21,835 nt of DNA, from contig JAKZSU010000063.1 in NCBI GenBank assembly GCA_047517485.1, positions 1 through 21,835 of the forward strand, given 5' to 3'. This DNA is from Alphaproteobacteria bacterium (GTDB lineage Bacteria; Pseudomonadota; Alphaproteobacteria; UBA7887). The translations under genes were made by a program, and so were the position numbers. Positions within the stretch are counted from its first letter, which is position 1; each line of letters opens with the position of its first letter. The notes below the pieces were generated by a model. That model searched no databases. It was not told the DNA's origin and was given only the letters and a program-made list of their open reading frames with translations. Of this stretch, positions 16,621-21,835 are shown piece after piece.

Positions 16621-16748
16621 CGCCCTGCACTGAGTGAAACTCATTGCAGGGCGACAAGCGCGCCCGAGCTTATGCGAGGCAGCCTGCGTGGCGTCTGAAC
16701 GCCCTACAAACCGCGATGAGTCTTGCTCACCGCGGTTCGGTATTACTT
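16621..16748. repeat. Intergenic repeat family B copy 1: a 15-bp-stem hairpin (16621..16653), then about 88-bp conserved unit containing a second hairpin (16710..16736)
   Basis: cgccctgcactgagt-gaa-actcattgcagggcg is a near-perfect palindrome. The unit gcgcgcccgagcttatgcgaggcagcctgcgtggcg...aaaccgcgatgagtcttgctcaccgcggttcggtatt recurs at 21601..21690 with about 90% identity. Confidence 0.5.
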
Positions 16749-17570
16749 CGTTCGCCGCGCCAAAAACGTGTAGATCGCCAAGAACAGCCCGATCATGCCG
16801 ATCGAGAACACCGTCGACGCGGTGCCCAGCGCGAACAAGGTCGGCCTGATGCGTTGGGTCATCGAGGCGTTGATGTCGAGCGGCAGAGTGTTGAATTCGC
16901 CGGCGAGCAAAGTGGTGCGCGCGAATTCGTCGTACGACAAGGTGAACCCGAACAGACCGGCGGCGACGATACCGGGGGTGATCAGCGGCAGAGTGATCTC
17001 CTTGAACACCGTCCATTCGTCAGCGCCCATGTCGCGCGCCGCCTCCTCCAGCGTGCCGTCGAAGCGGTTGAACACCGCCATCATTACCAGGAAGCCGAAC
17101 GGCAAGGTCCAAACGACATGGACCCCGAGCGCCGACGAGTACCAGGCGGGTGGAATGCCGATCTGTTTGAGCAAGGTCGCGAGACCGAGGCTGAGCAGAA
17201 TGCCGGGCACCATCAATCCGGCGAGGACGGTGTAGAACAGCACCCCGGCACCGCGGAACGGCTTGCGGAACGCCATCGCCAGCATGGTCGAGAACAAAGC
17301 GGTGATCAGCATGACGATGATCGCCAGGATCAGCGAGCGCATCAGCGCCCCTTGCATGTCGCCGACCGATGACGGTTCGATCAGTTTCGCCCACCAGTGG
17401 AAGCTGACGCCGCGCATCGGAAAGCTGGTGCCGCCGCGCTTGCCCTGGAAAGACAAGATGAACATGGCGATCATCGGGCCGTAGATGAACACCAGGAAAA
17501 TGACGTAATAGACGCTGAAGCCGGTCTTGATGCCCTGTTTGCGTCGCCGCTCGGGGGTCCACTTCGCCAT
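16743..17570 (-). CDS. ABC transporter permease (PotC-like inner membrane subunit)
   Basis: 275 aa with multiple TM segments and an EAA-like loop region (AARDMGADEWTVFKEITLPL). The start is 4 nt downstream of the preceding permease stop. Confidence 0.85.
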   Translation of the reverse strand: MAKWTPERRRKQGIKTGFSVYYVIFLVFIYGPMIAMFILSFQGKRGGTSFPMRGVSFHWWAKLIEPSSVGDMQGALMRSLILAIIVMLITALFSTMLAMAFRKPFRGAGVLFYTVLAGLMVPGILLSLGLATLLKQIGIPPAWYSSALGVHVVWTLPFGFLVMMAVFNRFDGTLEEAARDMGADEWTVFKEITLPLITPGIVAAGLFGFTLSYDEFARTTLLAGEFNTLPLDINASMTQRIRPTLFALGTASTVFSIGMIGLFLAIYTFLARRTK

Positions 17571-17573
17571 CGT

Positions 17574-18554
17574 CTACAATTCCTTGCGAATGTTGACGAC
17601 TTTCAGAATGATCACCACCCCGATCATCATCGCGATCATCAACATCAGCGCATTGACCGCGGCGAACGGATAATTGGCGATGGCGTAGTAATTGAGAATC
17701 ACGGTCCCGGTGGTTGATGTCTTGCCGCCGTAAACCACCACGGCGGAGGCGAATTCGCCCATCAGCATGACGAACAGGAAGATCATCCCGATCGCCACGC
17801 CGGGAAGCGACAACGGTCCGATGATCTCGCGAAAAATCTGGAACGGCGTGGCGCCCATGTCGCGCGCCGCCTCGAGAATATCGGGACTGATCTTGGCCAG
17901 CGAGAAAAACATCGGCCCGACACTGAGGACGACATAGAGCTGCACCAGCGCCACGGTGTAACCGAATTCGGAATAGAGCAGAAAGCCCGCCGGTTTGTCG
18001 AGAATGCCGAGATCGACCAGCATGCCATTGAGCAATCCGCGGCGACCCAGCATCGGCAACCAGGCGACGGCGCGGATCAAATAGCTGGTCCAGAACGGCA
18101 CCATGCCCATCAGGAACAACGCCATCTGCCATTTGAACGACTTCACCTGCATGGCGAGGAAATAGGCGATCGGATAACCGACGATCAGGCACAACACCAT
18201 CACCTCGGCGGTAAAACGAAAGGTCTCCCACACCGTCTTGATGAACACCGATATTCTGAGGAAGCCGCGGTCCTCGGGATCGAAGAACCCTTCGGTGACG
18301 AAGAATTCGCGATAATTTTCCAGCGACAGATCCGGCACCATGCCGTGGCCGGTACTGGTCCAGAAACTAAAGACGATGATGCTGGCGAGCGGAATGACCA
18401 AGAAGAGGATAAGCCACAACACCGCCGGCGCGACCAACCAGCCGACCGGAAAGCCCCCATCCCGGCGATAAGTCTTGGCCTGCTCGAGTTGCGCCGGCGC
18501 CACTGGCTGCTCGCCGATCAGGCCGCGATGCTGAATATGTTCCGCCTGTGCCAT
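17574..18554 (-). CDS. ABC transporter permease (PotB-like inner membrane subunit)
   Basis: 326 aa, 6 predicted TM segments, conserved EAA motif region EAARDMGATPFQIFREIIGPLSLPG. Confidence 0.85.
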   Translation of the reverse strand: MAQAEHIQHRGLIGEQPVAPAQLEQAKTYRRDGGFPVGWLVAPAVLWLILFLVIPLASIIVFSFWTSTGHGMVPDLSLENYREFFVTEGFFDPEDRGFLRISVFIKTVWETFRFTAEVMVLCLIVGYPIAYFLAMQVKSFKWQMALFLMGMVPFWTSYLIRAVAWLPMLGRRGLLNGMLVDLGILDKPAGFLLYSEFGYTVALVQLYVVLSVGPMFFSLAKISPDILEAARDMGATPFQIFREIIGPLSLPGVAIGMIFLFVMLMGEFASAVVVYGGKTSTTGTVILNYYAIANYPFAAVNALMLMIAMMIGVVIILKVVNIRKEL

Positions 18555-18578
18555 GGCTTCTGGTCGTTAACGATAGTC

Positions 18579-18605
18579 GACGGGCGGAACAATGCCCCGC
18601 CCGTC
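18579..18605 (-). promoter_or_regulatory. Intercistronic stem-loop between the SBP gene and the first permease gene (9-bp perfect GC-rich stem, 9-nt loop)
   Basis: gacgggcgg aacaatgcc ccgcccgtc lies in the 80-nt gap between 18635 (SBP stop) and 18554 (permease start). Confidence 0.35.
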
Positions 18606-18634
18606 ACACCTTTGAACGGCGTCTTGTTTACCGG

Positions 18635-19921
18635 TCAGGCGCTAATGAACTCGGTCCAGCGCTTCACCAGATAGTCGTTCTCGTCCATCAACGAGTTCCA
18701 TACGGCGATGTTGCGGAAGCGGTCCTCGTAGGAGCCGCCGTCGCGCACTTCGCCCTTCTCGACGATGATGGTGCCGAACGGATCGGGCAGCTCCCGCGCC
18801 GCCGGCTTGCCCATGTACCAGTAGTCCCACTCGTCGGAGTCGAGGTGCTTCTGCACATTGCCGGGCACCGACATGTAATAGCCCTGACGCGCGACAAACG
18901 CGCCGGCCCAGCCTGACAGCCACCAGTTGACGTATTCGTAGGCCTGATCGAGTGCCGCGCCGGATGTCGCGGCCGAGATCGCCAAACCGCCATGCCAGCC
19001 GCGCATGCCTTCCTTGGGCGAAGCATAGACGCAGCGCACGCCCTCGGCCTTGATCGCGGTAACCGCCGGCGACCACATGCTTTCGAGCACCACTTCGCCG
19101 CTGACCATGAGGTTCACCGATTGGCCAAAGGTTTCCCAGAAAGCGCGGAAATGGCCCGCCTGTTTCTTTTCGATGAGGAAGTCGATTAGGAAATCGATTT
19201 CGTCGCGAGTCATGTTGCCCTTGTCGCCGAAAGTGAGAAGGCCGAGCGCCTCGACACCGAGGGCGGCATCCATCACGCCGATCTGCGGAATGTTGAGCAA
19301 CGCCACCGATCCGGCGAAGTCTTCGCTGAACAGTTCCGCCCAACTGGTTATTTCGCGACCCGTATCGTCGGGGTTGTAGCCGATGCTGTCGGCATTATGC
19401 CAACCGGGTACCATCGAGATGTAGCGCGATGGGCCATCGACGCGATTGCCGTCGGCGTCGAGCCAGAGGAGGCGGAACGGGGCGTCGCCTTGGCCCGGAT
19501 TCGAGCCTGGGGTCAGCTGACCGGTCTTGCACAGATTGGAAACCGCGTCCCATTCCGGGATCCGCTGGGTATCGATCGGCTGCCAGACCTTCGACGGCGT
19601 GAACACGTCGAGATCGTTGAAATAGCCTTCCGCGACTTCGTATTGGTCGTTCTGATTGAGCATCTTGCCGAACATCGCGCCATAGCCCAGCGCTTGTCCG
19701 CGAACCTCGAAACCAAGGTCTTGCGATGCCTGGCTTTGAATCTCGTTGATTACGCTGACGCCGAGACCCACGGTGCGTACCGGATCCGCCGCGCGCACGA
19801 TATTTGGAAAGCCGGTAATCGTGGTCGCCGCGACCGCCCCGGCCGTGGTGCCCATGAACCGGCGCCGGGTCAAACCCTTGCCGGGCTTCTTGAATGAAGT
19901 CCGTATTTTCCTTGCCGACAT
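18635..19921 (-). CDS. ABC transporter periplasmic substrate-binding protein (family 1, PotD/PotF-like) with twin-arginine (Tat) signal peptide
   Basis: N-terminus MSARKIRTSFKKPGKGLTRRRFMGTTAGAVAATTITGFPNIVRAADP has an RRxF Tat motif and an AxA cleavage site. GGGAGGA sits 6 nt upstream of the ATG at 19921. The track ORF extends to 19951 via an alternative GTG. Confidence 0.85.
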   Translation of the reverse strand: MSARKIRTSFKKPGKGLTRRRFMGTTAGAVAATTITGFPNIVRAADPVRTVGLGVSVINEIQSQASQDLGFEVRGQALGYGAMFGKMLNQNDQYEVAEGYFNDLDVFTPSKVWQPIDTQRIPEWDAVSNLCKTGQLTPGSNPGQGDAPFRLLWLDADGNRVDGPSRYISMVPGWHNADSIGYNPDDTGREITSWAELFSEDFAGSVALLNIPQIGVMDAALGVEALGLLTFGDKGNMTRDEIDFLIDFLIEKKQAGHFRAFWETFGQSVNLMVSGEVVLESMWSPAVTAIKAEGVRCVYASPKEGMRGWHGGLAISAATSGAALDQAYEYVNWWLSGWAGAFVARQGYYMSVPGNVQKHLDSDEWDYWYMGKPAARELPDPFGTIIVEKGEVRDGGSYEDRFRNIAVWNSLMDENDYLVKRWTEFISA

Positions 19922-20094
19922 TGTCGTCCTCCCTAATCGCCCATCGGTCACTTTACAAACCGCTCAATGCTTGGGCCTCTGACCGGTTACTGCCCGCACG
20001 TGTTCGTCATGGCGGTTTCTTATCTGGTCGACGATCTGATACTACAGGGAGCGGCCCGAGTTTTGAACTGCAAAGCCCGCCCGGGGGAACGACA

Positions 20095-21579
20095 ATGAGC
20101 GTGTTGATCAAGAATGGTCGCGTGGTGACCGCCACCGACGACTACCACGCGGACATATTCATCAAGGATTCGACGGTCACCCTGATCGGCAAGGATCTGG
20201 TAATCGACGCCGACCGGGTGATCGATGCGGCGGGAAAGCTGGTGATTCCCGGCGGTATCGACCCGCACACTCACATGCAAATGCCGTTTGGCGGCACCGA
20301 GACCTCGGACACCTTCGAGACCGGGACCCGCGCCGCGGCATTCGGCGGGACCACGTGCATCGTCGACTTCGCCATCCAGTCCAAGGGCTCATCGACCATC
20401 GAGGCACTCGATACCTGGCATCAAAAAGCCGCCGGCAAGACCGCGATCGACTACGGTTTTCACATGATCATTACCGACATGCCGGATCACCGGGTGCCGG
20501 AAATGCGCCGCCTTTCGGACGAGGGGATCACCAGTTACAAGCTGTTCATGGCCTATCCGGGGGTGTTGTTGTCGGACGACGGCACGATTTTTCGCGCCAT
20601 GCGCAAGGCCGGCGAGGATGGCACCCTGGTGTGCATGCACGCCGAGAACGGCGTGGTGATCGACGAGTTGGTCAAGCTCGCCCTGGCGCAAGGCCATATC
20701 GAGCCGAAATATCACGCCTATACCCGCCCGACCCGGCTCGAGGCCGAGGGCGCGCACCGTGCGCTGGCGATCGCCGAAGTCGCGCGCTCGCCGGTCTACA
20801 TAGTCCATTTGAGCGCCTATGATTCGCTGAAGGAACTGCGCGACGCCCAGGCGCGTGGCGTCATGGCGCACGCCGAGACCTGCCCGCAGTATCTCTTGCT
20901 CGACGTCGACGCCTATGATCAGCCGGGATTCGACGGCGCCAAATATGTCCTGACCCCGCCGCTGCGCGAGAAATGGAACCAGGACGAATTATGGTCGGGC
21001 TTGCGCACCGGCGATCTCAGCGTGATCTCCACCGACCATTGCCCGTTCTGCCTCAAGGAGCAGAAAGAACTCGGCAAGGACGATTTCAGCCAGATCCCCA
21101 ATGGTGGCCCGGGGGTCGAGAACCGGATGAGCCTGATCTACCATTACGGTGTCAACATGGGCCGCATTGGGCTCAATAAATTCGTCGAACTGACTTCGAC
21201 CGGGCCGGCGAAGATCTTCGGTCTGTTCCCGAAAAAAGGCACCATCGCGGTCGGCAGCGACGCCGATATCGTCATCTTCGATCCCGAACACGAAGAGACC
21301 ATCAGCTATTACAATGCCAAAACCCACCACATGAACATCGACTACAACGCCTATGAGGGCTTTCCGGTGAAAGGCTTCACCGAGACCGTGCTCAGCCGCG
21401 GCAAGGTGATCATCGACAAGGGCGAATATGTCGGCCGCGCCGGCGATGGCGCGTTCGTCAAACGCGGCCCCTATGGTGGCATGTACGCCTCGGTGGCCGA
21501 GGCCAACCGACGCGAGGGCCCGGCCAGCCCGCTGTCCGAACAAGGCGGCGCGATGGCGCGCAAAATGGCGGCGGAATAG
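20095..21579 (+). CDS. Dihydropyrimidinase / D-hydantoinase (cyclic amidohydrolase superfamily)
   Basis: Start MSVLIKNGRVVTATDDYHADIFIKD. Metal-binding DPHTHMQMPFGG (HxH), with carboxylated-lysine and His/Asp ligand regions. At 494 aa it is typical for D-hydantoinases. A GGGGGAA RBS precedes the ATG at 20095. Confidence 0.9.
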   Translation: MSVLIKNGRVVTATDDYHADIFIKDSTVTLIGKDLVIDADRVIDAAGKLVIPGGIDPHTHMQMPFGGTETSDTFETGTRAAAFGGTTCIVDFAIQSKGSSTIEALDTWHQKAAGKTAIDYGFHMIITDMPDHRVPEMRRLSDEGITSYKLFMAYPGVLLSDDGTIFRAMRKAGEDGTLVCMHAENGVVIDELVKLALAQGHIEPKYHAYTRPTRLEAEGAHRALAIAEVARSPVYIVHLSAYDSLKELRDAQARGVMAHAETCPQYLLLDVDAYDQPGFDGAKYVLTPPLREKWNQDELWSGLRTGDLSVISTDHCPFCLKEQKELGKDDFSQIPNGGPGVENRMSLIYHYGVNMGRIGLNKFVELTSTGPAKIFGLFPKKGTIAVGSDADIVIFDPEHEETISYYNAKTHHMNIDYNAYEGFPVKGFTETVLSRGKVIIDKGEYVGRAGDGAFVKRGPYGGMYASVAEANRREGPASPLSEQGGAMARKMAAE

Positions 21580-21593
21580 GGGTTAATACCAAG

Positions 21594-21690
21594 CGCGACC
21601 GCGCGCCCGAGCTTATGCGAGGCAAGCCTGCGTGGCGCTTGAACGCACGACAAACCGCGATGAGTCTTGCTTATCGCGGTTCCGTATTTG
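21594..21690. repeat. Intergenic repeat family B copy 2 (about 97 bp), flanked by a 12-13-bp direct repeat ggtta(a)taccaag
   Basis: 21601..21690 matches 16658..16745 at about 90% identity. The direct repeat ggttaataccaag (21581..21593) and ggttataccaag (21691..21702) borders the element, consistent with a target-site duplication. Confidence 0.5.
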
Positions 21691-21727
21691 GGTTATACCA
21701 AGGGTGGATATTAATGACCCATTTGAT

Positions 21728-21835
21728 GGCCCGAGGTGGTTTTCCGGGCAGGCGCGACGCGCCGCGCGATGCGGTGCCATCGGGCAAGCGGCGCAACGCA
21801 CCCGGAAAGCCACCTCGGGCCACCGAAGGCCGCTC
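21728..21835. repeat. Family A-related palindromic element, copy 2: a 21-bp inverted repeat enclosing the about 55-bp conserved core; runs to the window edge
   Basis: ggcccgaggtggttttccggg ... cccggaaagccacctcgggcc (20/21 complementary). The enclosed core caggcgcgacgcgccgcgcgatgcggtgccatcgggcaagcggcgcaacgcac matches 7930..7982 of copy 1. Confidence 0.5.

Noticed and set aside
16621-16653. Possible rho-independent terminator for the plus-strand ABC ATPase gene
   Set aside because: The stem is strong but is followed by ACAAGCGCG on the plus strand, with no U-tract. It is better interpreted as part of repeat element B. A terminator role is more plausible for the 16710..16736 hairpin on the minus strand.
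17020-18231. 403-aa minus-strand ORF overlapping both permease genes
   Set aside because: It is an out-of-frame overlap with two well-formed permease frames. The translation is Arg/Asp/Gly-rich with no TM segments.
1-21835. CRISPR arrays, rRNA or tRNA genes
   Set aside because: There are no regularly spaced short direct repeats and no cloverleaf-like or rRNA-like segments. All intergenic spaces longer than 100 bp are accounted for by promoters or the palindromic repeats described.

Overview
This is a 21.8-kb high-GC bacterial chromosomal segment; GC3-rich codon usage and frequent ATGA/short-gap gene coupling are seen throughout. A proteobacterial soil-type origin is an inference only. I can support five things.

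(1) At the left end, two gene remnants are fused at an apparent deletion junction: an ABC-ATPase C-terminal TOBE fragment and a Gfo/Idh/MocA C-terminal fragment. They are followed by a sugar-acid pathway set of SDR, SMP-30/gluconolactonase and aldose 1-epimerase.

(2) There is a cyclic-amide catabolic neighbourhood. It holds an isochorismatase-family cysteine hydrolase (N-carbamoylsarcosine-amidase-like) and a NodB-type deacetylase. It also holds an ATP-dependent hydantoinase pair (hyuA and hyuB, ATGA-coupled) and a dihydropyrimidinase/D-hydantoinase. A small Cys-containing ORF and a COG0523 (CobW-like) metallochaperone GTPase sit in an operon with the deacetylase.

(3) A 914-aa flotillin/SPFH protein with an expanded E/R/K coiled-coil repeat array is tightly coupled to an orphan PotA-like ABC ATPase. 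That ATPase is convergent with a permease-permease-Tat-SBP operon.

(4) Two families of small palindromic intergenic repeats (MITE/REP-like) each occur twice. One copy is flanked by a 12-13 bp direct duplication.

(5) The most unusual item is an uncharacterised ~60-aa core domain present twice. One copy is a standalone 156-aa ORF ATGA-coupled to the cysteine hydrolase. The other is an in-frame ~175-aa N-terminal extension of hyuB. The core has a faint resemblance to the Rad52/Rad22 beta-hairpin-helix motif, but this is unverified.

No rRNA, tRNA or CRISPR is seen. Long antisense ORFs in the track are high-GC shadow frames.
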